Assembly (NCBI GenBank): GCA_964291235.2
Contig: OZ219816.1
Coordinates: 1,120,001-1,184,000 of the forward strand
Reading direction: 5' to 3'
DNA from: Vicinamibacteria bacterium
GTDB taxonomy: Bacteria; Acidobacteriota; Vicinamibacteria; Marinacidobacterales; Marinacidobacteraceae
Length of the DNA stretch: 64,000 bases
Shown in pieces: positions 1 to 8,796 of this stretch. Position 1 is the stretch's first letter. Each line of letters starts with the position of its first letter. Made by a program: the position numbers and the translations under genes. The notes beneath the pieces are model-generated. The model made no database searches and was not told the DNA's origin. It saw only the letters and a list, made by a program, of their open reading frames with translations.

Positions 1-198
1 CGTGCCCGGAACGTTCCCGAGGGCGCCCGCCAGATAGACGAGGTCGCCACTTTCCCGATACTCCGAAAACGGCAGGCCGACGGTACCCGTGTCCGCGGGT
101 GCCTCGGGCGCTTCGCCCGTGCCACCGCCGCAGCCGAGCGCGAGAAGAAGCGGGAGGGAGGGTCCGATGAATCGGCGGTAGCGGCTACGTTGGGTCAT
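1..198 (-). CDS. RidA/YjgF-family protein with lipoprotein-like signal peptide (partial, runs off the window start)
   Basis: Manual translation from ATG 198: MTQRSRYRRFIGPSLPLLLALGCGGG...GLPFSEYRESGDLVYLAGALGNVPGT. PFS..R.GDLVYL.G matches the RidA N-terminus; LALGC is a lipobox. Confidence 0.65.
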   Translation of the reverse strand, partial: MTQRSRYRRFIGPSLPLLLALGCGGGTGEAPEAPADTGTVGLPFSEYRESGDLVYLAGALGNVPGT

Positions 199-342
199 GG
201 GGGAACTCCTCCGGACGTCTCGAAACGGCCCGCGATGATACATTCGGAAACCTTCGCGGCCGCGCGCCGAGGCCCGCCCGCCGCCGCCCCGGAACTCCGG
301 AGTCGCGCCGGGCCGGTGGCGTGGACCGGCCATCGAACAGAG

Positions 343-1647
343 ATGCACTCCGTTTTTCGTTCCGGGTCGGACGGCGGTCTCGAGGCCGACGGGTTGGATC
401 TCAAGACAGCGCTGGCGGCGTCAGGAGCGGCCACCCCCGCCTACGTGTATAGCGCCCGCGCGATCGTCGAGCGTTTTTCGGCGCTCCAGAGCGCACTGGC
501 GGGAACCCACCACTTCATCGCGGTGGCGCTGAAGGCCAACGCGCTTCCGGCGCTGCTGAGCCCGCTGCGGGAGTTGGGAGCGGGAGTGGAGGCGGTTTCG
601 GCGGCGGAGTTGCTGGTCGCGGACGGCCTCGGTTTCCGCGGCGACCGAATGGTGATGTCCGGAGTCGGCAAGACGGCAACGGATCTTGAGACGGCTCTCG
701 GCCTCGGAGTGCGCTTCGTCTCGGTCGAATCCCGGGGAGAACTCGAGTTGCTGAACCGCCTGGCGCTCGGTCACGGCGTCCGGGCCCCGGCGCTCCTCCG
801 GTTGAATCCCGGGATCGACGCCGCGACCCATCCCAAGATTGCGACCGGAACCCCCGCCGCCAAGTTCGGGATGCCGGAGGTGGACCTTGTCGCGTTGGCC
901 GAAGAGAGCCGCGGGTGGCCGGGGGTGGAATTGCTCGGTGTGCATGCGCACGTGGGTTCCCAGATTCGCAACGTGGAGACGCTGGCGCGGAACGCCGAAC
1001 AACTCGGCGGAGCTTTTTCCCGGCTGCGCCGCGCCGGCGTCCCCGTCACGATCGTGGATGTCGGCGGCGGGCTCGGTATCCCCCAGCGGGATGGAGAAAA
1101 CGAGATCTCCATGGAGACCTACGCGGCAGCGGTGTTGCAGACGCTTCGGGAAGTGCTGGGGCGGGAGTGTCCCGGCGTGGATCCCACCCTGGTGTTCGAG
1201 CCGGGCCGGGCGCTCTTTGGCCCGGCGGGGGCGCTCGTCGTGCGGGTGCTTCACACGAAACGAAGCGGCTCGCGGGAGTTTTGTGTCGTCGATGGCGGAA
1301 TGAACGACTTTCTCCGGCCGGCCCTTTATGGAGCGTGGCACCGGATCGTCCCGCTACGGCCCCGGCCGGAGACCGAACGGCTCTTCGACGTGGTGGGCGG
1401 TGTGTGCGAAACCGGGGACGCGTTCGCCCGGGACCGGGCGCTGCCCCCGCTCCGGGCGGGGGATTTCCTCGCGGTGCTCGATGCCGGGGCCTACGGGTAT
1501 TCGATGGCCTCCAACTACAACCTGCGGCCGCGACCGGCCGAAGTCGTGATCCAGGATGGTTCGGCTTTTCTCGCCCGGCCGGCGGAGACGCCGGCGGAGC
1601 TTGCGGCGCGCGAACTCGGCGCTCAGCTGGCGGGAGCTCCCGCGTGA
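343..1647 (+). CDS. lysA: Diaminopimelate decarboxylase
   Basis: TPAYVYS, ALKAN (PLP lysine), HAHVGSQI, FEPGR, VCETGD, GAYGYSMASNYN. Start taken as ATG 343. Confidence 0.93.
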   Translation: MHSVFRSGSDGGLEADGLDLKTALAASGAATPAYVYSARAIVERFSALQSALAGTHHFIAVALKANALPALLSPLRELGAGVEAVSAAELLVADGLGFRGDRMVMSGVGKTATDLETALGLGVRFVSVESRGELELLNRLALGHGVRAPALLRLNPGIDAATHPKIATGTPAAKFGMPEVDLVALAEESRGWPGVELLGVHAHVGSQIRNVETLARNAEQLGGAFSRLRRAGVPVTIVDVGGGLGIPQRDGENEISMETYAAAVLQTLREVLGRECPGVDPTLVFEPGRALFGPAGALVVRVLHTKRSGSREFCVVDGGMNDFLRPALYGAWHRIVPLRPRPETERLFDVVGGVCETGDAFARDRALPPLRAGDFLAVLDAGAYGYSMASNYNLRPRPAEVVIQDGSAFLARPAETPAELAARELGAQLAGAPA

Positions 1648-2174
1648 ACCCCGACCCGATGCCCCGGCCGCGTCTCGCGCTGCTCGGGGCACTGGCACTG
1701 CTGACCATCGTGGCGGCGGTCCGGGTGACCACCGTCATCGAGGACCCGGCCGATTTTCTGCTCGCGCTGGGGCTGGTGGCGCTCTTCACGCCGCTGAAGG
1801 CGCTCATGATTCGCTGGCTGGACGGACGGCGGCCGTACCAGTCGGCATTCGCCGCCTCGCTGTTCTCCGCGATTGTGGGCATGGCGTTTCGCGAGCCGCT
1901 CAACCTGTGGTCCCTGTTGTTCCGCAGCACGATGCTGACCGCGGCGCTCGAGACGCTTCCGCTCTTTGCGATGCGAACCTCCGATTCCCCGGTTCGGATC
2001 TTCGTGCTCTCCGGCTACATGAGCGTTGTCGTCCATCTGCTTTCCGGCGGGTTCGTACTGCTTTCCTGGAGACCGTTGGTCGGGGGTCTGCTGATGGCCG
2101 GGGGAGTGGTCGCGATGTGGCTGCCGCTGTTTTTCGGGCGGCTCCGGCGCGTCGGGGGCGGAGCCTCGCGGTAG
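1644..2174 (+). CDS. Hypothetical integral membrane protein
   Basis: GTG overlaps the lysA stop (GTGA); several hydrophobic helices in the C-terminal part of ORF 915..2174. Confidence 0.7.
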   Translation: MNPDPMPRPRLALLGALALLTIVAAVRVTTVIEDPADFLLALGLVALFTPLKALMIRWLDGRRPYQSAFAASLFSAIVGMAFREPLNLWSLLFRSTMLTAALETLPLFAMRTSDSPVRIFVLSGYMSVVVHLLSGGFVLLSWRPLVGGLLMAGGVVAMWLPLFFGRLRRVGGGASR

Positions 2175-2262
2175 GCCGTCGAGCGCCGGCATTCGAAACT
2201 CCCTCGCGCGCCCGGGGCGCGCAGCGGCGAACCTAGCGCCAGCTTCCAGGTAAGGAGCGTAA

Positions 2263-2485
2263 AGGAGCGCCGGCCTCCGGCCGGCATCGCTCCCCCGGCG
2301 GGGAGCGAAACTCCCGTCGTCAACCTTCCAGGATGGCACTGCAGCCCAGCAGGGTGGCGCTGCGCGGCTCCCATCCTGGTACGACGATCCGCTGTCCCCG
2401 CTTGGGTTGGTGCTGTCGAGGCTGACTGGGTCGGGGAGTTTCGCCTCGCTTTGCTCGGCGATGCCGGCCGGAGGCCGGCGCTCCT
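2263..2485. repeat. REP/MITE-like inverted repeat pair
   Basis: 2263-2290 AGGAGCGCCGGCCTCCGGCCGGCATCGC is the exact reverse complement of 2458-2485. Further pairing inside (GCGAAACTCCC/GGGAGTTTCGC; CCAGGATGG/CCATCCTGG). Confidence 0.8.
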
Positions 2486-2588
2486 GGCCTGGAGTGAGGT
2501 TGCCTCGGTTTGTCGGATACCTTGAAATGGCCGAAATGGACGAACTCCCGGTTACTCCGGCAGCGAAGTCCGCGGCGGACCCCGGCGA

Positions 2589-3911
2589 CTACTCTTGGTC
2601 CTTGCCGACTGGGGGTGTCTGGCGGGCGGGGGACGGACGCGGCTCTTCCGGGGGCAATCGATCCCCCGCGTCCCGATGGATCCCCCCGACCGCCATCAGC
2701 AGGGATTCCACGTCCCCGTTCCCGAACTCGCCGTCGGCGGTTGCCGCGGCCACGACCCGGGCGGCCCGCCAGATGTGACGGAAACCGACCCGCCCCTCGC
2801 GATTCAGTTCGGTCAGGGTTGCAAACGCCGCGTCGATCTCCGCCTCCCGGGTGGCAGCCTCTTCCGCCAGCGACTCGTGGGCGATCTGGCGTAGCGAATC
2901 GATCGCGGCGGCCCGCTGCGGCCCGGGGTTCGTGAGATATCCGAGGTACACGAACAGTCCGACGGCGATCAGAAGCCCGGAAATCATCGACAGGGCGATG
3001 AAGAGGAAACCCAGGCGCCGGGAGCCGGGGCGCACGTCCCTCAGATCCTCTCCGATGCTGAGGGCGCCGGGCGGCGGCGACGGGAGCCAGGGCCCCTGGG
3101 GGGCCTCCGCGACGGATGCCGCGGGTTTCTCCGCAGTCTCCCCGCGCATATCGCGCAGGTAGATGAAGCAGCCGATGGCCAGGATTCCCGTGGCCGGGAT
3201 CAGGATCCCGCCGGGAATCCACAACGGATCGCCGAGCGACGCGATGTCCGTCAGGTTGAAGAGGAGAAGGGCAGCGACGTTGTGGAAGAGATGGATCGAG
3301 ATGGGGACCAGGATGCTGCGGGTGGCCATAGCCGCCAGCCCCAGGACGAGTCCGGCGACGAAGTAGTTGGGGAGAAGCAGCCCGTGCATCACGGTGAACA
3401 GGAGCGCGGAGACCACGAGGGCTCCGCCTCTTCCCAGCGGTCGCAATCCGGTCAGGATCACGCCCCGGAACAGCAGTTCTTCGGAAAGCGCCGCCCCAAC
3501 GCCGATGCCGGCGAGTCGGATCAGCCAGGAGAACAATCCCTCGGCGCGGACCAGGTCCGCCACGGTCTGGACCAGTGCCTCGTCGATAGGGAGGAACGCG
3601 CGGCTCAGGTTGGCGAGTTGATCGCTCACCACGAACAGCGACAGCGCGACCGGAATCGACAGAAGGAGCTGGCTGTTCTTGGCGGGCCGTAGCCGGAGGG
3701 CGCGATACGGGTTCAACCGGAAGAGGCGGATCGCGGCGAGGGCCACGAGCAGGGTGATTCCGGGGGTCGCCAGGATGGCGAGATCGAAAGGCAGTCCCGT
3801 TCGCGTGATGACGACACCGATCAGGATGATCGCGACGAAAGTGGCGATGAAGGTAGCGAGCGCCTGCGGGACCGTCGCGAGGCCGGGAGCGCGGCGGGGC
3901 GTCTTCTTCAC
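2589..3911 (-). CDS. CPBP (CAAX/Abi) family intramembrane metalloprotease with C-terminal extension
   Basis: EELLFRG, FTVMH and IHLFHN motifs; multiple TM helices. Confidence 0.85.
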   Translation of the reverse strand: MKKTPRRAPGLATVPQALATFIATFVAIILIGVVITRTGLPFDLAILATPGITLLVALAAIRLFRLNPYRALRLRPAKNSQLLLSIPVALSLFVVSDQLANLSRAFLPIDEALVQTVADLVRAEGLFSWLIRLAGIGVGAALSEELLFRGVILTGLRPLGRGGALVVSALLFTVMHGLLLPNYFVAGLVLGLAAMATRSILVPISIHLFHNVAALLLFNLTDIASLGDPLWIPGGILIPATGILAIGCFIYLRDMRGETAEKPAASVAEAPQGPWLPSPPPGALSIGEDLRDVRPGSRRLGFLFIALSMISGLLIAVGLFVYLGYLTNPGPQRAAAIDSLRQIAHESLAEEAATREAEIDAAFATLTELNREGRVGFRHIWRAARVVAAATADGEFGNGDVESLLMAVGGIHRDAGDRLPPEEPRPSPARQTPPVGKDQE

Positions 3912-3943
3912 GAAAGGGGAATCCGGGTGTTACCTTGACGGCG

Positions 3944-6907
3944 ATGGCCGCGGGAACGAGCGCAGAGTATCGCCACCCGCCGAACGTCGGCTCTCGCGCC
4001 CAAGCCGCAGCCGACAAGGGCGGCTCCGCACCGCGGGGGCGCTGGCGCCCGTGGCGCCTGCTTCGCATCGCGGCGGGGTTCTTGCTGCTGGTGCTCGGCG
4101 TTATCGGGCTGTTTCTTCCGATCCTGCAAGGTGTCTTGATGATCCTCGCGGGTCTGGCCGTCCTTGGGAAGGACGTTCCCTGGTCGCGGACGCTGACCGA
4201 GCGGCTCGCCGCGTTCGTGCGCCGACGCGCCGGTCGTGGCGGGGAAAACGGGGCCGCCGGCGCCGCGGCCAGAAACCCGATGACGGGCCGGGTGCCTCGC
4301 GAACGGCACCGGGCCCTCGTGCAGGCGATCCGCCATCACGACTACCAGTACTACGTTCTCGACGCACCGGAGATTCCCGACCACGAGTACGACCTGCTCT
4401 TTCGGGAACTCGAGGCCCTCGAAAAGGAGTATCCGGAACTGGTCACGCCGGACTCTCCGACCCAGCGGGTGGCCGGCACGGTCGCCGGCGGGTTTTCGGA
4501 GGTTCGCCACGAGGCGCCCATGCTGTCGCTCCAGAGCATCCATGACGAGAGCGAACTCCGTGAGTTCACCGACCGGATGGAGCGGGAGATCGGCCGGCCG
4601 GAGCTGGAGTATTGCCTCGAGCCCAAATTCGACGGATTGTCGGTGGAACTCGTTTACGAGCGAGGGACGTTCGTCCGGGGAGCGACTCGGGGCGACGGCG
4701 AGGTGGGCGAGGACATTACCGCCAATCTTCGGACCATCCGGTCGGTGCCGCTCGGGCTGGCGGGAGGGCGCCCGCCCGGGCGGCTCGCGGTCCGCGGCGA
4801 GGCGGTGCTCCCGGTCAGCGACTTCGAGCGGATGAACGAGGAGCTGGCAGGCGCCGGAAAGGACCCATTCAAGAACCCGAGAAATGCCGCCGCGGGATCC
4901 CTCCGGCAGCTGGACCCGGGCATCGCCGCCTCGCGGCCGCTCGCGCTCTACGCGTACGACATCCTGGTCTGGGAGGACACGGAACTTTCGGCCCCCGCCA
5001 CTCAGTCGGGAGTCCTGCGGACACTCGCCGGCTTCGGGTTCCGGGTGGCGCCCGAGTCCGCGCCGAAACCGGAGGCGGGGGTAGGCCGGCAGCCTGTCTG
5101 GTGGGAGGTGGGACGGGGCCCCGATGAGGTGCTTTCCTACCACCGCCTGCTCATCGGGCAACGCGACCGTTTCCGGGTGGAGCTCGACGGGGCGGTCGTG
5201 AAGCTCGATCGCCTGGCCGACCAGCGCGAGTTGGGCGAACGTTCCCGAAATCCCCGCTGGGCGGTTGCCTTCAAGTTTCCGCCGGGGCAGGCGGAAACGA
5301 CGCTCGCCGCCATCGACGTGCAGGTGGGGCGAACCGGGAAGTTGACGCCCGTCGCCCGCCTCGAGCCGGTGCTGGTCTCCGGCGTCACGGTGAGCCGGGC
5401 CACCCTGCACAACGAGGGGATGGTCCGGGCGCTCGATGCGCAGCCTGGAGACCGGGTCCGCATCCAGCGCGCCGGCGACGTGATCCCCCAGGTAGTGGAG
5501 GTCGTCTCCCGCGCGCGACCGTCGGAAAGCGCTCCCTGGGCCATGCCGGCGAAGTGTCCCGAGTGCGCAAGAGCGGTGGTCGTCGAAGGGGCCCATCATT
5601 TCTGCTCGGGAGGGTGGAGTTGTCCGGCACAGCGGAAGGCCCGTCTCGTCCATTTCGTGGGAAAGGGCGGGATGGAAATCGAGGCGCTCGGAGAAGAACT
5701 CGTTGAGCTTCTCATCGAGTGCGGCGCCGTCGCGTCACCGCGCGATCTGTATCGGTTGACGCGGGAGGAACTGCTCGCGGTTCCGCCGCAGCCGGCCGGC
5801 CGGCCCTTCGACCGCAGCGGCGCCGAAGCTCTGGTCCGCCGCCTGGGAGCGATTCGCGAGATGCCGCTCGCCCGGCTCCTGGTGGCGCTTGGCCTTCCGG
5901 GGGTCGGCCCGACGCGGGCTGCGCGGCTGGCCAGTGAGTACCCGAGTCTGGCGGCGCTCCTGGCGGACGCCGGGGGCGGGGCCGGAGCGTCGCTGGGCCT
6001 TCGTGTCGCCGAGGCCCTGGAGACGCTCTCCACCGGCGCGAAGGGCGCGTTGCTCCGTGATCTCATCGAGGTTGGCGCGGTCGGCGGCGAAGCCGGGAAC
6101 CGTGGTGCGCCGGAGAGTTTCGAGTGGGATTCCGGTGTCCTGGCAGCCACCATCGCGCGCTTGGCGGAAAAGGAGGCGTTCGATCTTCCCCGCCTCAGCG
6201 AGGCGGTGGCCGCCGACCTGATCGGCGCCGGGATGGTGAGCCGGCCAGCCGACCTGTTCCGATTGGGCGCGCCGGACCTCCTGGCGCTGCCCGAACGGCG
6301 CCGCCGGCCGTTTGCGGAGAAATCGGCCGCGAACCTGCTCCGCGAGCTGGACGAGAGCCGTGCGGCGCGGCTCGACCGCTTTTTGTTCGCACTCGGAATT
6401 CCGCATGTCGGCCAACACGTCGCGCGGGTGCTGGCAGCACGTTACGGCTCGGTGGAGCGGCTCGCCGCCGCCACTCGGGACGAACTTCTCGATGTCCACG
6501 AGGTGGGGGAGCAGGTCGCGGACGCGGTGACGGGATTCTTCGGCGACGACGCGAACCGGCGGGAACTTGAGGACCTGCGACTCTCGGGGGTGGGGCCGGT
6601 CTGGGAGGCGACGGGGGAATCCACGCTCTCGGGCCTTCGGATCGTCCTGACCGGAACGCTGACGGGTATGACGCGCGAGGAAGCCGGAGAACTCATTGAG
6701 CGGCACGGCGGGCGGGTGGTGTCGAGTGTCAGCAGTCGTACCTCGGTTCTGGTCGCCGGCGAGCGCGCCGGTTCCAAGCTCGACAAAGCACGCGGTCTCG
6801 GAGTGCCGGTGGCGGGGGAAGAGGAGCTGCGGTTGCTGGCGGCCGGGGACGTCACTCTGGCAGCGCTTCGAGAAGCTCAGGAAACCGCCGGCGAGGACGA
6901 GACGTAA
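3944..6907 (+). CDS. ligA: NAD-dependent DNA ligase with in-frame N-terminal membrane segment (alternative start ATG 4280)
   Basis: YYVLDAPEIPDHEYD, EPKFDGLS adenylation motif, NPRNAAAGSLRQLD, VGRTGKLTP, zinc finger CPEC..C..C, HhH repeats, C-terminal BRCT (VLTGTL...AGSKLDKA). Confidence 0.95.
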   Translation: MAAGTSAEYRHPPNVGSRAQAAADKGGSAPRGRWRPWRLLRIAAGFLLLVLGVIGLFLPILQGVLMILAGLAVLGKDVPWSRTLTERLAAFVRRRAGRGGENGAAGAAARNPMTGRVPRERHRALVQAIRHHDYQYYVLDAPEIPDHEYDLLFRELEALEKEYPELVTPDSPTQRVAGTVAGGFSEVRHEAPMLSLQSIHDESELREFTDRMEREIGRPELEYCLEPKFDGLSVELVYERGTFVRGATRGDGEVGEDITANLRTIRSVPLGLAGGRPPGRLAVRGEAVLPVSDFERMNEELAGAGKDPFKNPRNAAAGSLRQLDPGIAASRPLALYAYDILVWEDTELSAPATQSGVLRTLAGFGFRVAPESAPKPEAGVGRQPVWWEVGRGPDEVLSYHRLLIGQRDRFRVELDGAVVKLDRLADQRELGERSRNPRWAVAFKFPPGQAETTLAAIDVQVGRTGKLTPVARLEPVLVSGVTVSRATLHNEGMVRALDAQPGDRVRIQRAGDVIPQVVEVVSRARPSESAPWAMPAKCPECARAVVVEGAHHFCSGGWSCPAQRKARLVHFVGKGGMEIEALGEELVELLIECGAVASPRDLYRLTREELLAVPPQPAGRPFDRSGAEALVRRLGAIREMPLARLLVALGLPGVGPTRAARLASEYPSLAALLADAGGGAGASLGLRVAEALETLSTGAKGALLRDLIEVGAVGGEAGNRGAPESFEWDSGVLAATIARLAEKEAFDLPRLSEAVAADLIGAGMVSRPADLFRLGAPDLLALPERRRRPFAEKSAANLLRELDESRAARLDRFLFALGIPHVGQHVARVLAARYGSVERLAAATRDELLDVHEVGEQVADAVTGFFGDDANRRELEDLRLSGVGPVWEATGESTLSGLRIVLTGTLTGMTREEAGELIERHGGRVVSSVSSRTSVLVAGERAGSKLDKARGLGVPVAGEEELRLLAAGDVTLAALREAQETAGEDET

Positions 6908-6916
6908 GTACCTGGC

Positions 6917-7117
6917 ATGGCTGCTTTCCTCCTCTGGCTGTTCCTACTGGTCGTTTGCTGGCCGCTCGCCTTGCTGGCGCTCGTCCTCTATCCGCTCGTC
7001 TGGCTCGTGCTCTTGCCGTTTCGGGTGCTTGGCGTTGCGGTGGACGGAGTCCTGTCCCTGCTCGCCGCCGTCCTGCGGTTGCCCGGGCGGGTGCTGAGCG
7101 GTCCCCAAAGAAGCTGA
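6917..7117 (+). CDS. Small hydrophobic membrane protein
   Basis: 66-aa Leu-rich ORF packed between ligA and the amidase gene. Confidence 0.7.
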   Translation: MAAFLLWLFLLVVCWPLALLALVLYPLVWLVLLPFRVLGVAVDGVLSLLAAVLRLPGRVLSGPQRS

Positions 7118-7118
7118 G

Positions 7119-8681
7119 ATGACGGACCGTCTGGTGGCCGCGCGGGCGCGGGCGGAGTTGCTCCGGGCGGAAATGGAGGGCGTCGCCCGGGCGTTGCGGC
7201 GGCTGCCGAATCCTCCGGAGCCGCTGACGGCGGGCGAGTTGGCGGCGCGAGCGCGGGCGCCGACCGTGGCGCGTCCGGTTCGGGAGATTCCCGCGGCGCC
7301 CACACATTCCGCGCCGGGCAGCATCGCCGCGGCGCGTTCCGCGGTTGTGGCGGGTCGGGTTTCCGCCGTCGAACTCGTCGAGAAAACGCTCGAGCGCGCC
7401 CGCGTCCTCCGCGATCTGGGCGCGTACTTGTTGCTCCGGGAAGAGGAGGCGCTGGCGGAGGCGCACCGGGTGAACGAGTCGGCGGGGCAGGGGCGAAACG
7501 GGGACCAGCCCCTCCTCGGCATTCCGCTCAGCGTCAAGGACATCGTGGACGTCGCGGGAATGACCACCACCTCGGGGTCGAAGTTCCCGCACGACCCGTC
7601 TCGGAGCGCCCCCGCCTGGCAGGCGCTCGCCGGGGCAGGCGCCATCTTGCTCGGCAAGAACAACCTGCAGGAGTTCGCGTTCGGGGTAACCGGCGAGAAC
7701 CCCACCTTCGGCCGAACCCGTAACGCCCATGATCCGGAGCGCATCCCGGGCGGGTCGTCGTCCGGATCGGCCGTCGCGGTGGCCACGGAGGCCGCCTACG
7801 GCTCGGTGGGGACTGACACCGGCGGATCCATCCGGATTCCGGCCTCCCTGAATGGGGTGTTCGGATTGAAGCCCTCCTACGGAGTCGTTTCCCGGGCCGG
7901 AGTAACCCCGCTCTCTTGGAGCCTCGACCACGTCGGGCCGATCGCCCGGAGCGCTGACGACATCGCGCTGCTCTTCGGGGTCTTGTCGGGAGGGCGGGCG
8001 CCGCCGGCGGCGTCGGCCGACTCCGGCTCCAACCCCCTCGCCGGGGTCCGGGTGGGGGTTCCGCTCGATTTCTTCTACACCGACCTGACCCGGGAGGCCC
8101 GCGAGGCGGCCGAGGGCATCGTGACGGCTCTCGTCGGATTGGGGGCGGTCCGGATCGAGGTGCGTATTCCGGAGGTGGAGTTGAGCGGGCCGTGCCGGAA
8201 CGTCGTCGCGTTCGCCGAAGCCGCAGCGGTGCACCGGGAGCGGTTGGCGGCTCGGCCGGACGACTTCAGCGAGGACGTTCGGGGCCTGCTGGAGGTCGGC
8301 GCCCTGCTGTCTTCCGGCGATCTCCTGACGGCGCTCCAAGGCCGGCGCCTCGTGGCCGACGCCTTCACGCGGCTCTTCGAGAGCGTGGACATCCTGGTCG
8401 TTCCCTCGACGCCCGCGGGAGCTCCCGAAGCGGGACAACCGCTCGCCACCGGGGAAGCGATCCGTCCGGGGCTTATTCGCCTCGTCGGGCCGTTCAACCT
8501 GACCGGCCTGCCCGCGCTTCAGGTACCCGCCGGAACGGATGCGTTCGGGATGCCGCTCGGGGCGCAGCTCGTGGCGGCGCCGGGCCACGACTTCACCGCC
8601 ATCGGGATCGCCGCCTGGCTGGAGGCCAGCGGATACGTGCGGACACCGCGGCCGCCGATCCGACGCCCGCCTGACCGCTAG
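7119..8681 (+). CDS. Amidase signature family enzyme (GatA/AtzE-like)
   Basis: SVKD, PGGSSSGSA, GTDTGGSIRIPASLNGVFGLKP. Confidence 0.9.
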   Translation: MTDRLVAARARAELLRAEMEGVARALRRLPNPPEPLTAGELAARARAPTVARPVREIPAAPTHSAPGSIAAARSAVVAGRVSAVELVEKTLERARVLRDLGAYLLLREEEALAEAHRVNESAGQGRNGDQPLLGIPLSVKDIVDVAGMTTTSGSKFPHDPSRSAPAWQALAGAGAILLGKNNLQEFAFGVTGENPTFGRTRNAHDPERIPGGSSSGSAVAVATEAAYGSVGTDTGGSIRIPASLNGVFGLKPSYGVVSRAGVTPLSWSLDHVGPIARSADDIALLFGVLSGGRAPPAASADSGSNPLAGVRVGVPLDFFYTDLTREAREAAEGIVTALVGLGAVRIEVRIPEVELSGPCRNVVAFAEAAAVHRERLAARPDDFSEDVRGLLEVGALLSSGDLLTALQGRRLVADAFTRLFESVDILVVPSTPAGAPEAGQPLATGEAIRPGLIRLVGPFNLTGLPALQVPAGTDAFGMPLGAQLVAAPGHDFTAIGIAAWLEASGYVRTPRPPIRRPPDR

Positions 8682-8782
8682 CAGCCTGTGGTGCGACGCA
8701 ACGATGAGCGCCTTATTGAGGCGCGGTTCAGCCGGGATGCATCGCCCGTCGAGCGCCGCTTGGGTTTTGCCACACGCTGCTA
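8679..8782. mobile_element. Putative 104-bp MITE with 13-bp terminal inverted repeats
   Basis: Left end TAGCAGCCTGTGG; right end CCACACGCTGCTA (reverse complement TAGCAGCGTGTGG, 12/13 match). Confidence 0.6.
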
Positions 8783-8796
8783 AATTGGGGCGCAGG

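Noticed and set aside
190-342. N-terminal extensions in the ORF track (lysA from 190; also fabI 8539, amidohydrolase 16107, pilY1 58533, accB 43997)
   Set aside because: They overlap neighbouring genes or repeats and lack family similarity; downstream starts fit better.
2225-2400. Possible SRP or 6S RNA
   Set aside because: No SRP or 6S consensus recognised; the structure is explained by REP-like inverted repeats.
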